64,000 nucleotides of DNA from the human T2T-CHM13v2.0 reference genome, Homo sapiens (GCF_009914755.1 NC_060934.1), one strand, 5' to 3'. Counted from the first letter of the stretch, positions 1 to 15,800 are shown. Translations and numbers: made by a program. The notes: generated from the sequence alone by a model not told the origin.

Positions 1-727
1 ATTACTCGTAGATTTGAGGAACGCAGATGGCTTCAAGGGATGTGAAAGAGTAGACAGCAGACACAGGAGGGAGCGTTTCAGGAGAGGAGCCCACAGTGAG
101 CCCTTGGGACTGAATGGCCCAGCCTGGGGGTGTGTCGCGGAGGCCACGTGCTGCAAACCACCTGGGTTTTGCTCCTCTCTAAAGTGTCTCAGGGACAGGA
201 GGCTGCCCCATGACAGCCACCAATGCCTGATGGCCAGAGCAGGCCAGGGAACCCTGGGAATCCCAATACTGGGGCACAGTTCTCAAGGCCTCAGCGGCCT
301 CTTCACATGTACTTGGCACAGGAGGCAAGAAGACAGCGCGTCTCCAAGCCACCCCTTGGGCACTGCACTCACGTTCTCTGAGGGCAACGGCGGAAAAGGG
401 GGCAGTGCAGGAATGTGGGGGGCATGGGGAACCGAGGCCAGGAGAGGGTGGCCTTGCCCGGAAGGACGAGGGCTGCAAAGGTGTTTTCTGGAGGGAAACG
501 TGGAGTAAGGAGGAAGCCTGGAATTTTAGCATCTTCCCAGCGCACACGGCGGCTTTATTGGTGTGCCAGGGATGTCTCTAGTCTGAATAAAAAGGGATGC
601 TTTCTGGCTCACCCTGTGCCAGGATAGAGGGAAGCGTGTTCTGAGCCAGGCATGGGGCCCCATCTGCTCCCTGGCAGCCCCCAGCCGCGGCGTCCGCCTT
701 CCCTGGAGCCCGTCCCCAGCCGCTCAC

Positions 728-896
728 CTCAGGTGCAGCTCCAGCTGCGTGTAGAGGAAGTGCAGGAACGCCCGCCGGGCCACGACCTCCGCGTGGCAGT
801 CATTCACCACCAGCCCCTGGTCACTGAGGTGCTCGCCGCTGATGCACTTGGTCCCCGAGGACAGGGCCACGACCTGCGCCTGCCGAGCATCCAGGC
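728..896 (-). CDS. ADARB2: ADARB2 (ADAR3) coding exon, deaminase domain with CHAE motif (probably exon 5)
   Basis: Minus-strand translation (G)[55 protein letters not shown] is an ADAR deaminase segment; CHAE lies at 798-787. Acceptor ccccAG at 898-897, donor AG|GTGAGC at 727-722. 169 nt, phase 1 start, in frame with the exon at 29540-29654. Confidence 0.97.
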
Positions 897-1947
897 CTGG
901 GGACACAGATAGCATCAGAGCAGCGTGGCCCACGGCCCCCGTCTCCCTCCTCCTCGGTCTTTTCAGGGTCTCACAACAGCGGTTTCCCTGGGTTAGGAAA
1001 CCTTGGAAACACTGCGTTTTGAGAGCTGGGAAGCGAGGCTTCTGTGTGCTCCAGGCTGTCACGGGTGACCGCCCGCCTGAGGGATTCCCATCTACTTCAT
1101 GGTGGCCTGAGACAGCGCTCAGAGTGCCTCTGCTATCCTTAAGGTTGCTGAAATGCTCCTTAGGCACCATAGGAGCAGAGTTTTGAGGTCAAACTTACTA
1201 CCAGGGCAGTTTTCTCCACCTGAGTCCCAGGTCCCCTGTGAGTGGGAGCAGTGCTAGCTGCGGCCTGGGCTTCCTGCCCAACCTCTAACCACCTTTGTGC
1301 TTTCTCCTGTCCTCCAACGGGATCAGGGCAGGACAGGAGCTGATGAACCCTTCACCCTAACACAGAAACACAGATGAACCTGTCATACTAACACAGAAAG
1401 GAGGCTGGATGTGTCATTTTAACCATAGTCAAAGGAACCCCATCCACAAAAATGATACTCTCTTCAGGGACTGAAAACAAACAACAAAGAAACCTCAAAA
1501 ACAACCCCCAACGTAATGTCCTTAAAGTATAATATTCATCACTTTGTTTAAGGAGGAGAAGCTGGAAGACACAAGCCAATGTTTGCTGTGCTCTAACAGG
1601 TCTGTGTGGATGTGTATTTTCTCTGCACTTAGATGGTGAATTCCTTGAGGACACGAGTCAGAATTTCCACCAAATACTCCAAGCAAGGGCTCCCTAGGGA
1701 GTCCGTGTCATTAGACGGGTCAGTGTTGCCGATCCAATAACAAATCCATCATCCAGGCCCTTCGGCTGGAGGTGGCAGGAATGTTGCGGGTGCCCAGGAG
1801 CCTTGGGATGTGACAGCCAGTGGCTGGGCCCGGATCGCAGGCCAAGGGAGGGCAGCACGGAGACGCGTTAGCCGCTGACCGCGGCCACGTCCACAGAGTT
1901 ACCTGTAAATACACGTCCGGACCATTTCTTGGAAGAGGTGACACACA

Positions 1948-2047
1948 AATTAATGTCACGCCAGAAGCAGGCCTCCCTCCCATCTTAAATAAAATCGACT
2001 AATTAATGTCACGCCAGAAGCAGGCTTCCCTCCCATCTTAAATAAAA
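1948..2047. repeat. Tandem duplication, 53-bp period, 2 copies
   Basis: aattaatgtcacgccagaagcaggc(c/t)tccctcccatcttaaataaaa at 1948 and 2001. Confidence 0.9.
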
Positions 2048-3889
2048 ACAGTGCTGGCTGGTCATGAGCGCTTCTCGCTTCTCACACACTTGTTCCTCTG
2101 ATGTGACTTTTTCTCCCCTGAGAACTTAGTTCTTGAGCCCTGAGGGCATCTGCCCTCTCTGGGCCTCACCGTGGGATCTTTCTTCGTGAGATAAAAGGGT
2201 GGTGTCAGCAGCTACCAGTGACAGCCAGGGAGAATTCGGGGCCGGGAGGGACCGAGCACTGGGGAAGTAACCTGCAGAGGCCCAGCAGCATCCTTGCCCC
2301 CATGGCTCTGCAGCTGGGGTCTGTCTGTCCAGCCTCCTTCCTTCCAGGCAAAGCGGTCTAGCACAGCCCCCGCCTCCTGCCCATGTCCACTGCTCTCTCC
2401 GCTCATCCCAGCTTCTCCCAGCAGCCCCCGTTTCTGTGCCCGAAGAGAACTCCATGGTCCTGGTCCTGTTGTCTACCCACTGCCCCCTCCCTGGTGGGAC
2501 GGGACTGCTCCTGAGCTCAGGAAGTGACCAGACTTCCCCACGCCGCTTTAATCAGAACAGGACACGACCAGCCGCCCTGAGGTTCCTCCCCCAGGAAAGC
2601 TCGTGAGCAGCTGCCGGGTTCCAGGTCCAGGCCTCCTCCTCTCTCAGCCATCCTGGGTGCGGGGGCTGCCCCCTAGCGGGGGTCCCAGAAGTTGACGAGC
2701 AGATGGGACCAGGATCTAAGGCTACAGGGAGCTGGGGTGGGCAGCTGCTACTGACTCTGCCAGGGGTGGGAGCCACCATCTCACTCAGGCCGTCAGTGAC
2801 ATGTGGACTGTTGAGAAATGGTTCACAAGGATGACATCGTGATGCAGAAACCACCCCTCAGGTTCCAGCTTCGTTAAAGCTGGTATTTAGAGAAATGGGA
2901 AACACATTGATAACGATTCCTAACCAGTTTCAGTGTTCACGACCGGTGCGCATGCAGTCTCTGGTGGAAACGGACAGCTCTTCAGGAATAGGTGCTGTGG
3001 CCTGTGAGGCCCCGGCCTGCTCCTTCTCTTTGGATTCCGTGGAAATTGGAGCTGTAGAAAAAAGCAACTGCTTTCCCTTTACCCCTCATTGATTCCCAGC
3101 TCCGTTTGGCTCCAGACTCTGCCACACTCAGCACAATTACGTGGCCCAAGAAGTGTTTGCATATTCAGTTTTCATGATTCTCACCCCCACCGCCAGCACC
3201 ACGTTCCCAACACAGGAGACGCGAAGCCTGGACCGAGGGAGATGACGCGGTCAGAAACGGCTGCAGCATGAGACGTCGTATGAGAAATGTCGCGGAAGTG
3301 CTGTACATGGAATGTCACCAGCATGACAGTGAGGGAGGAAAAGGGAGAGACGGACTCACACCCAGGGAGCTTCTGCACAGGTGGCAGGAGGAGGCGTCCT
3401 AGGCAGAGTGGGCATGGTGGTCAGAGGCACGGATAGGAAAGGGCACAGGCATATTCTGCATAATCTGCGTATTCTACGGGCCGTTGGAGCCCGTAGGAGA
3501 TGTGTGTGGGAAAGTGGCGAAGCTTCAAAGGTGGGTGGAAATCAGTCACAGACGCCTTGAGTACCACCCTGAAGATCTAGCTCTTCACCAATAGACAATG
3601 GGAGCTGTGAAAGGGTTTTCCGGAAGGACAGCAGTACTGTTGCCCATGAGTGAGTGCTGGGTTGCACAGGAGGAGAGAAGGGGCCAGGACACTGGGTGGG
3701 AGGCTGGGGCTGGACATGGTGCATGAGGACTTAGGAAGCACCCTCAGGAGTGGATTGGTGGGAGGGACCCAGAGAGCACAGCAAGGACCGAATCCACAGG
3801 ATTTGGGAAATTTACACAGAAGATGAGGGAGAGGAAGAAGCCAGAAAATGTGCTTGAGTACCACACATTACAAATGAGAAATAGGAAGA

Positions 3890-6125
<2,236 letters not shown>

Positions 6126-6732
6126 TTAATTTGGGGGAAAGGAGAGGGCGGGCGTCATCATCTCTCCCCTCGGTGCCATGAGGGTGATGAGGCATCAGGC
6201 AGCATAGTGAGGTGGAGAACAGAGCTCAGTAGCAGTTGAAGACTGCGAGCAAAAACGTGTCAAAAACAGAAACGGCACCAACCAGCATTCAGATAAACAC
6301 GCTTTTCTTAACACCCCCATCACAGGGGACAGCGCGAGGGTGCTGCCACCATGGCGGGACCACAGGCAGGTCTAGGGCCCTCATACCTATGGGGAGAAAT
6401 GGGGTCCTTGGTTTATGGGCATCACCCTCCAGGTATAAACCAGTGGTATTTGGGGCTGTGTCAACCCTGCACAGAGGTGTCTAACATTCTCCTTTTTCGG
6501 TGCTCTGGTTCCCCACATGGAGATCCTTGATTGCTGGGATGGGGGTGAGGCCATGCCAAGCCGTATGGACACCAAAAATGCTCTGCACTCAATGAGCAAT
6601 GCTTTGTGTAAAAATGTGCCCAAAGCCAGGCCGCCTTGCAGCAGAGGCTGGGTCGGGGATGCTCCAGTAGGGGCTTATTAAGTCAGGAAGACAGGATGGG
6701 GCAGCAAAGACGCCAGGCGAGGGGAGGCTGTA

Positions 6733-7092
6733 CTGAGGTCCCGTCTCCAGCTGACCAAACAGGAAGCTCTGGAGTGTGAGGCAAAGGTGTGCGACGTGTC
6801 AGTCATGAGCTGTGGGCACTCCCAGGCGTGCAGGAGGTGCAGGAAGACTTAGGAAGTCCTCCTGAGGTCCCGTCTCCAGCTGACCAAACAGGAAGCTCTG
6901 GAGTGTGAGGCAAGGGCGTGCAACGTGTCAGTCATGAGCTGTGGGCACTCACAGGCGTGCAGGAGGTGCAGGAAGACTTAGGAAGTCCTCCTGAGGTCCC
7001 GTCTCCAGCTGACCAAACAGGAAGCTCTGGAGTGTGAGGCAAGGGCGTGCGACGTGTCAGTCATGAGCTGTGGACGTTCCCAGGCGTGTAGG
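6733..7092. repeat. Minisatellite, 129-bp unit, ~2.8 copies
   Basis: ctgaggtcccgtctccagctgaccaaacaggaagctctggagtgtgagg... starts at 6733, 6862 and 6991. Confidence 0.93.
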
Positions 7093-7743
7093 CTTCTGGT
7101 GGCTAGGGCCATTCTCAGGAGGAGGCTGCAGCTGTGAGCTGCTCCTGGCCGGTACTCGGAGCCAGGAGAAGATCAGGAAGCCCAGGATGGGGCGGCTGTG
7201 GTGCCAACAGCATTTACTCCAATCCTTCCAATGATGCTGTTAAGCCAATAAAATGCAAGTTTGTATAGAAGCATCACTCCATACATAGTGGCTATTGGTG
7301 ATCTCTTTTCCTATAAATGGCTATTGAGAGTAAAACTACTACTCTGTAAGACAACATGAGAAGTAGTCACAGAAAATATACGAATTTCTATAGAATAAGT
7401 GGAAAAGCTGGCCAAACAGCAGGGCTCCTGCACCCCCGCCAAAGCACCAAGCACAGTGAGTTTTGTAGAATTCGACTGAACCTTCAAGTAGCAGATGGTT
7501 TCAAGGCAATTGTAAGTGTTCTGGAGCATATAAAGACAAGAGAAGCCTTCGGGTTGTGTGTTATCATGGAATGCCTAAATCATTGCCATACTGACGTAGC
7601 CTGCACAACAAAGCAGACAACAGAGGACCCTCAGTTAGACAAAATACTAGCCATCAAGTAGCAGAGGAAAAGAGCACTACAGTACGTCCCTGCAACATGG
7701 GCTTATTTCTGAAATGTGATAATCAGTTATATTAAAAAATTAA

Positions 7744-8045
7744 GGCCAGGCACACAGTGGTTCACACCTGTAATCCCAGCACTTTGGGAGGCTGAGGACA
7801 GTGGATTGCTTAAGGCCAGGTGTTTGAGACCAGCCTGGGCAACATAGCCAGACCCCAAGTCTACAAAAAATACAAAAAGTAGCTGGGTGTGGAGGCGTGA
7901 GCCTGTAGTCCCGGGTACTTGAGAGACTGAGGTGGGAGGATCACTTGAGCCCTGGAGGCGGAGGTTGGAGTGAGCTGAGATTGCGCCACTGCTCTCCAGC
8001 CTGGGTAACAGAGCAAGACCCTGTCTCAAAAAAAAAAAAAAAAAA
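7744..8045 (+). mobile_element. Alu (old, AluJ-like), antisense to ADARB2
   Basis: ggccaggcacacagtggttcacacctgtaatcccagcactttgggagg..., dimeric, with an A18 tail. Confidence 0.95.
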
Positions 8046-8202
8046 TGGATTTATATGCAACACAAAAATAGGCATAATTACAGACACTGATAAGGCATCT
8101 GACAAAATACAACAAATGCTTTTGATAAAACACTGAGTTTTTATCAAAACTCAACTCTGTCAAGTGGAACAGAGGGATTTTTTTCCTGAATGTGATTTTA
8201 TG

Positions 8203-8232
8203 CACACACACACACACACACACACATACACA
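8203..8232. repeat. (CA)n microsatellite
   Basis: Direct read of the sequence. Confidence 0.9.
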
Positions 8233-8249
8233 CGAGTATCATGCTCTAT

Positions 8250-10175
8250 GGGGAAGCACTCCAGGCATTTTTATGACCATTCAGGAACATCTGCTGCAGC
8301 CATTGACGAGCACAACAAGAGAAAGAAATTAGCTCTGTAGTAATTGGAGAGGGGCAGGTAACACAAGCACTGTCTGAACATGTTATGATTCTGTGTCTGG
8401 AAACCTCCAGAGAATCCAGTTGACATACTGCTAGAAACAATGAGAGAGCTTAATATGGTGAAAGCGTTCCAAGTTAATATACAGAAGTCAATAACTTTCA
8501 TAGAGACACACAGCAACTAGAGAGACACTGTAAAGGAAAAATGACTCCATTTATAATGGCAGCAAACGAGATAATAGGAATAAGTTTAACGAGAAATGAC
8601 CAAGGACTATAGTGAATAAAACTTAAAAATCCTATTGAAGGACACAACAAAATTTAAACAAACAGAAAGACTTGCCACATTTTTGGATAGGGAGGTTTAA
8701 CATAATGAATCCTCTCTAAATTGATTCATAAATTTAACAGGATTCCCAAAGAAACAGCAATGGTGCTTTGTTTTGGACAAGACACCTGGTTAAAAAGTAT
8801 AATTTTGTTTTGCTTTGCCATTGCTATGGCTTGGGTATGGTTTATTTGTAGCCAAAACTCCTGTTGAGATTTGGTCCTCAGTGTGGCGGTGTTGGGGGGT
8901 GATGGGACCTAGTGGGAGGTGTTTGGGTCATGGGGTGGATTCCTTATGAAGGGCTTGGTGCTGTCCTCAAGGCGGTGAGTTCTTGCTCTGGCAAGATGGA
9001 TTAGTCTTCAAGGAAATGGGTTCGTTCCTGTGAGAGTTGGCTGTAATGAAGCCACGATGTCCCTTAGTCTTCAAGGAAATGCATTAGTTCCCATGAGCGT
9101 GGGCTGTAATGAAGCCATGATGCCCCTCTGGTTTTCTCTTTACAAGTGTCTGCTTCCCCCTTGACCTTCTCCATCATGTTATGATGCAGAAAAAAAGCTC
9201 TCACCAGAATCCACTGCCATACCCTTAAACTTCCCAGCCTGCAGAAGCATGAGCTAGATAAACCACTATTTTTTATAAAGTACCCAGTCTGATGTATTCT
9301 GTTATAGCAACACAAAATGAACTAAGATAGTTATTTGTTTTTAACTGGGCAAGCTGATTCTAAAAGGAAACCCAGAAAATTCTGAAAAAGAAGGCTAATG
9401 CTGGAGACAAGCCCTAGTGTACATCAAGCAGGTTATAGAGGCTCCATGCCAGGTCACTGTGGGGATGGGGTGTGAAGTGAAACAGGTGGAACAAAGTGGG
9501 GAGTCCAGAAATTGACCCAACACGTGCAGGAATTTAGTATAGGACAAAGGTAATCACATCTCAAACCACTGAGGCAAAGAGAGACTATCCAATTAATGGT
9601 ATCTAACAACTGCATAGTCATCTGAGAAATAAAGTTGCATCTTTATCTGACACCATGTACCAGAGTAAATTCCAAATTGATCAATGTTTAGATGTAAGAA
9701 ATGAAGAACTGTATTTGAATGTTTACAGCATCTTTACCCATAATTGCCAAAACTTGGAAACAAGCAAGATATCTTTCAGCAGGTGAATGGATAAATCATG
9801 GTACATTCAGACAATGGAATATTACTCAGCACTAAAAATAAATCAGTTATCAAGCCATGAAAAGACATGGAGGAAAGTTAAATAAAAGTTAAGTAAAAGA
9901 AGCTGATCTGAAAAGTCTACATATTATATGATTTCAACTACAGGGCATTCTGGAAAAGGCAAAACTATGGAGATATGTAAAAAGGTCAGTGGTTGCCAGG
10001 GGATGAGGCGGGGAAGGGATGAATAGATGGAGAACAGAGGATTTTTAGGGCAGTGAAACTACTCTGTTTGATGGTACAATGGTGGATCCATGTCATTATA
10101 CATTTGTCCAAACCCATAGAATGTCCAACACCGGGAGCGAACCCTAACACAAAGAATGGTTTTTGGGTGATTAAA
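8250..10175 (+). mobile_element. Ancient L1M/L1MC fragments, interrupted by an MST LTR
   Basis: Decayed ORF2-like A-rich text at 8250-8800 and 9340-9700; L1MC-type 3' end at 9710-10175 (ataattgccaaaacttggaaacaagcaagat...catttgtccaaacccatagaatgt). Confidence 0.65.
8822..9329 (+). mobile_element. MaLR solo LTR (MST-like) with an internal 63-bp tandem duplication
   Basis: Starts tgctatggcttgg, ends gttatagcaacacaaaatgaactaagata; ttagtcttcaaggaaatg is repeated at 9001 and 9064. Confidence 0.8.
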
Positions 10176-10232
10176 GAAATAAAGATGCATATGTCATAAA
10201 TAAAATAAGGGATAATGTATAAACTTGGTGGG

Positions 10233-10632
10233 TGCTATGGTTTAAATGTGGTGTTTTCTCCAAAATTTATATTGAAACTTAATCCTCATTGTGGTGGTAT
10301 TAAAAGGTGGGGCCTTTAGGAGGTGATTAGGGGATGAGGGCTCCACCTTCATGAATGGATTAATACCCCTATAAAAGAGACTTCAGACAGAGTCCAGCCC
10401 TCTTATGCCATCCATCCCATCTGCCATGTGAGGATACAGTGTTCCTCCCCTCCAAACGATGTAGCAACAAGGCACCATCCTGGAGGCAGAGTGCAGCCCT
10501 CTCGACACCAAGCCTGCTGACGTCTGGATTGTGGACTTCCCAGCCCCCAGAACTGTGAGCAATGAACTTCTGTTGTTTATAAATGGCTCAGTCTGAGGTA
10601 CTTTGTTGCAGCAGCACAAATGGATGCAGACA
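10233..10632 (+). mobile_element. MaLR solo LTR (MST/MLT1A-like)
   Basis: tgctatggtttaaatgt...ggtggggcctttaggaggtgattagg...ctttgttgcagcagcacaaatgg. Confidence 0.8.
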
Positions 10633-12437
10633 CAGGGCTTCTCCCCAGCACATTACCCATCTCTAGACAATGTCTGGGAATGGGCTTTTATTATTTACTT
10701 GGAACTAAGTCATTCTCAGCCTGTTCCAATGTTTTAAAGGTAAATTTCTTATACTGTATCTGGTTTTGGAGGAAAAGGATTACCAAATTTCTAAGAAGAA
10801 AACTGAAAGTAAAATATACCAAATAGCATCAAAGAAATACATTTCAAAATTATAGAAGATATAGAGAGAAAGGAATAATTTTTACTCCACATGTAGACTG
10901 CCCCAAGGGTGTCATGTGTAATTAACTCTGCCTCCCTATTTCCTAGAACTGTGCCCACTGAATTTAATGACTCAACAACAGGGTTTCCACAGCTTGCCTT
11001 GAGAAAGACTCTTCCACAGTTTATCAGTGCTCAGTGTTAGGAAACCTTCTTCAGTGTTCAGCCTAACTGATCTTCTGTACAATTTCAGTCCACTTCCCAG
11101 ACTTCATCTTTAAAGCTCCCAGTCTCCTTGTGGTTGGTATTCTCTGAATACTCGCAGTGAATATCATGATCGGCCTGCAATCCCACATCTAGTCATTATT
11201 TGGTCAAAGTCTATGTTTTATTTTCAATCTTTTCCTGCAAGCCAATTTTTTTTTTTTAAATCTTCTGGTGTTTCTGCTTCCATTCTCTATATTTCCTCTA
11301 ATTAGTTCGAAATCAGGTAGATTTTAAAATGTCTGGCTTGGGGACATCTTGTCTGTTGGGGACATGATTGGACTGAGACTGAAAGGAAACAGCTTTGCTT
11401 TTGACAGGGGAGATTTTTCTTCCACTAGGGTCTTGATTTATGGCTTTCCTCAGGAATCAGAAGACACCAGTGTCTCCTGGGCTTTTATTCTCTAAACATT
11501 TCAAATGCATTGATTTTGGAAGGAAAACAAGTTATGTGTAAATGTTTTGTGCTCTCCTCTATGAATGACAATACATCTGGGGAATATCAGATAACAAAGC
11601 ACTGTAGTCAGAGTTTAACAGGCTCTAGGGCACAGGTAGCCCTGTTTCTGCTGCTTACTTGAGGCAAGAATTTAATTGTGTTCAGTTATCTTGTTTGGAA
11701 AAAGTTTTTAAAGATTAAAGAAAATAATGCGAAGTTCTTAACATGTGCCTGATACACAGCAAAAATGCCGCCATCTTTAGCTATTATGATACATATATTT
11801 CTGTTCTCTTGTAATCATATTTGTTTTTCCATCTGCAACCAGGATGTTTCTGTGACTTCCCTTGCTAGAATAACACACAAAAAACCATGTGTTCCATTAT
11901 TAACTTCTACTGACTATGAAGCACATGTTCTTGCAATGAGAACAAGAGGGCTGGTGTGGGAAAGCTTAAAGACAAGACACGTTCAAGAACACCTTTCAAC
12001 TAAATCTGACCATGGCATTGCACCATGGGCCAAATAACAATTCCAGGATGAGCACTCGCTTGCTTTAAAGTATCAAGGGCATATTTTAATGTATTTCCAT
12101 TTGTTTATCCATCCATTCATTCAGTGGGCATTAAACACCTACCTTATTCAAGGGAAAGAGGATAAAAAACTGTGCAGTCTCAAAGCTCCTTTCACAGCAC
12201 ATGCTCACAGGCAGGGAGAAGGCAGCATGGCAGGAGAGCAGAAACTGTCTGTGGTTGGGCTACACCAGCTGTAGGGACACCTTCTCAGAGGATGGGGCAA
12301 CCATGGACATCAAAGCCAGTGTTAAGAGAGGGAGAAAGAAGAGACCTGTGTCCTGGACTAGAAGGTGTGTAACCACTGGCCACGTAAAGGAGGAAGAGTA
12401 GCTGAAGACTGGGAGCAGCCTGCATGAAAACAAGGAG

Positions 12438-12822
12438 CTCTGTGGTGAGGATGTGGTGGCATCTGTGGTTAGGATGCGGTGGGCTCTGTGGGTAAAATGT
12501 GGGATCTGGTTAAGATGCGATGGGCTCTGGGTTAGGATACGGTGGGTTCTGTGTTTAGGATGAGGTGGGCTCTGTGGTTAGGTTAGAATACGGTGGGCTA
12601 TGGTTAGGATGCAGAGGGCTCGGTGGTTAGGGTGAGGTCGGCTCTGTGGTTAGGATGTGGTTAGGATGCCGCGGTCTCTGGTTAGGATGCAGTTGACTCT
12701 GGTTAGGATGCAGTGGATTCCGTGGTTAGAATGCAGTGGGCTCTGTGGTTAGGACATGGTGGGCTCTGTGGTTAGGATGTGGTGGGCTCTGTGGTTAGGA
12801 TGTGGAGGGCTCTGTGTGGTTA
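12438..12822. repeat. Degenerate G-rich minisatellite, ~21-23-bp unit gggctctgtggttaggatgcggt
   Basis: About 17 imperfect copies with a GGTTAGGAT core. Confidence 0.88.
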
Positions 12823-15800
12823 CTGGTGTAGAACTCCAGTGCCTGTGAGGCAGTAGTAGTTTCTGGAGGGCCTCCTGTTGTATGGGTGACATCACCAGAA
12901 CCGTCTACCTTCTTCCCAGGTACTCCTGAGTGGAGATGATGGGTAGAAGCCTTGCTCACCATGTTGTCTTCACCAGAACTGGGAGAATTGCTCTCTGCAT
13001 AAAAGATGTCAAGCAAGTTTTGGCCATTCTTTCTTATACTTGTGTGATCAGAGGAATCTTTTGGTCACTGTTGAAATCACAGATGTGGCTCCAGTCTCCT
13101 ACAAATCGAGAACCCCAAAACTATTGAATGAGCATCTCCTTGTGAGGTTCCTGAAAATCTGTTTTTAGGCAATGTTTTCAGGTTATTCTTATGGTCAGGT
13201 GAATTTGGGGAGCAGAAGTATGTGAAAAAAAGCAGATGCAGAATATTCACTTTTTCACCTGGCTGTGTGATGTCATTGGATGCAGTTTGGGAATAGGTGC
13301 TCTTCACTGAGGCAGATTCTTTGGTTTGGCAATTTGAAAGAGAAACCATTGAATCAAGGGGCAGTTTCTCTTGAGCGTTGCACACATATGGTGCTCAATA
13401 GATTGTAGGCATCTACAAAGAAAACCCACTCTGTGGGCATCCACAGATGCCATGGTCCCCATTTGCTGTACCTGAGCTTCAAAGAATGGTGGGCAACTGA
13501 TTAGTGAATCCCAAATGCTGACTCTGTCCAACTGTGTGAACACGCTGTGAAAGCCAGGGTTTCTCAGCCTCAGCACTTAGTTGTCAGGATAAGCACAGTA
13601 ATCACATACTCATTAATTTCCTTATAAAATGCTCCCAGAGGACATGCCACCCTCACTTTCAGGTGCTGAGACTGCCAGTCATGCCGGGGCTCAGCCCCAG
13701 TGAGGGAGCAAGCGGGGCCAATGCTCTGAGCTCCTCATGGGGCCAAAACATGAGGGAGTGCTTGGATCCAGGAATGTCAGAAATGAATAACTCTGCTGTT
13801 TTAACACTCATTCTTTTTCCTTCCAAAATGGCTGGGGCTTGCTTTGTCAACACAGATTCACATGTTGCTCTGACAGGAAATGAGGCAATCACTGGCCCTG
13901 GGTGCCACGTCACGTAGCTTGTCCTCGTCAGTGCAGCTGACGCTCACCAAGCCTTCTGTGCCAGGCACATGTGAGCGCTGGGTCTACACACTAATCAAAC
14001 ATGCTGCTCACTCCACATAACATACAACACGACAAAGGCATTGAGAGAGCCCAGAAACCATGCCAGGCTGACGCTGGCTGCTGTCCACCTGTGATGGCCT
14101 CGGGCACTGTGGCCCCCACTACAACCCAAAGAGGGTCAGGCCATGGACAGGGATGTGACCAGATGTCAGCTGGTCAACGCTCTTTGCTGTTCCCCATCAG
14201 GGAATGGAACTTCTCCAAACCTGATGGGCTGTCGGTGAGGTTAGAGGTAAGAGGGAGGAAACTGAGGAGATGCCAGTGACCTTTCTGTGGGCCTTGGGCA
14301 GGGAGCTGGCTGCATGGTTCGCTAGACAGTGTGACCTCATGAGAGTGGAGGGGATCCCTCCCAAACAGGTCACACGTGTGTCTGTGACTCATGGTGGGTC
14401 AAACACACTATAGCCCCATCAGCGGGCAGGACAAGTTGGGCCCTGACACAGGCAGCATCCAGGCAGGCAAGCACATTGACAACCACATGTCAGCCCTGGG
14501 AGCTAACGGTGTTTACATGACAGTGGCACATCTGGCACATTCTCCTACTGAATTAACTTGACTTTTCCAAAGTATACTTGCGGGGCATGAGAATGGACAG
14601 GCAGATGCAGCAGTATTTGCTGCTGCACAGACCTCTCCACACTCGTCCCAGCACAGTGCTCAACTTGGAGTATTGCCCAGTATTACAGCTCAGTAACGAA
14701 GAGGGACTTGAAGCTCCAGGAGATGTGAGCAGGCACTGTGGATGCCTGCACCAGTGTTGGTTTTTGAACATCCAGCTCCAAGCTGTCCTCCCTCACTGGC
14801 TCTGCTGTGGAGACTGAGATGCAAAACTCTCCCTTTCCAACTCTCCCCGCTACTTCCTGCACAGCTGAGTGGCCAGCAGCAAAATCCTGACCAAAAGAAG
14901 TCTGTGGGATGGAACATGTCCTCCTCCTGCCCTGATGGGGTCTGGGAGCATGACCTGCAGCAGCGGGTGGGATGAGGAGAGGTCAGGGGGCCACACACCC
15001 TGAAACCACAGGGGCCTGAATGGCGCCTGCCACCACTGTCTGGCATGTGGGCCACTGTTGGTTACTGAGACAATAAAAAGGTGCGTGTTTGCAACACTGC
15101 TAATCAGCTATCTCACTTCCTGCAGCCAGTGGCATTCTGAGTGCATAAAACCTCAAAATACATAGAATTTGGGGTAGGATACCACATATATCAAAAGATG
15201 GGGCCAGGCGAGCTTATGAGAAGGTTATTAGTTACGATCCTCAACATCAACACTGCAAGGGTTTCACTGGATATAAATATGGTAATTACACATTTAGTAA
15301 ATATATTTAATGCCCTGTTCCTACCCCCAAGAAAGAGGTAGAATGACAACAAACGCTTTGCAATTAATAGATTGAAAAGTCTATTAAAAGTCTATTTATC
15401 TCCTCATTTGCATTGGGCTGAGCAAGCTCTTCACCCCATATCAAAGGAACAAATAGGAAACACCTGGTATGATCGATGAACGGTCTCTTCTCCTACCGAG
15501 GATGGCTGACAAGGTCTCCTCACTGGCACTAAAACCAGAAATAATGAGAGCATGAAGCCCGCGCTCATAAATAATTCATGGACTAAATATTGTAAGTGAC
15601 AGTGCTTTCTTCATTTTTAAGCAACCACTTGGTATGCTTTTGTTCTGTTTTTAAGAAGATCATATTTGAATCAGCTCAGAGGCGAGCTGTGTTCAGGCCC
15701 TGTGAGCTCCACGCCCTCTCTGCTGACCTCTAATACTTTCTATTCTTTTCTTGACTGAGGTGTGAGTTCCCCTGGGCTCAAATCTGGCTGGTTAGTTAGA

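Noticed and set aside
724-1170. 148-aa ORF as a standalone gene
   Set aside because: Only 728-896 is ADAR-like and it is bounded by splice sites; the remainder is intronic read-through.
7744-8045. Exonisation of the antisense Alu, by analogy with the ADAR2 Alu cassette
   Set aside because: Acceptor-like AGs exist, but the usual donor position reads CAG|GCTCAC; no support from sequence alone.
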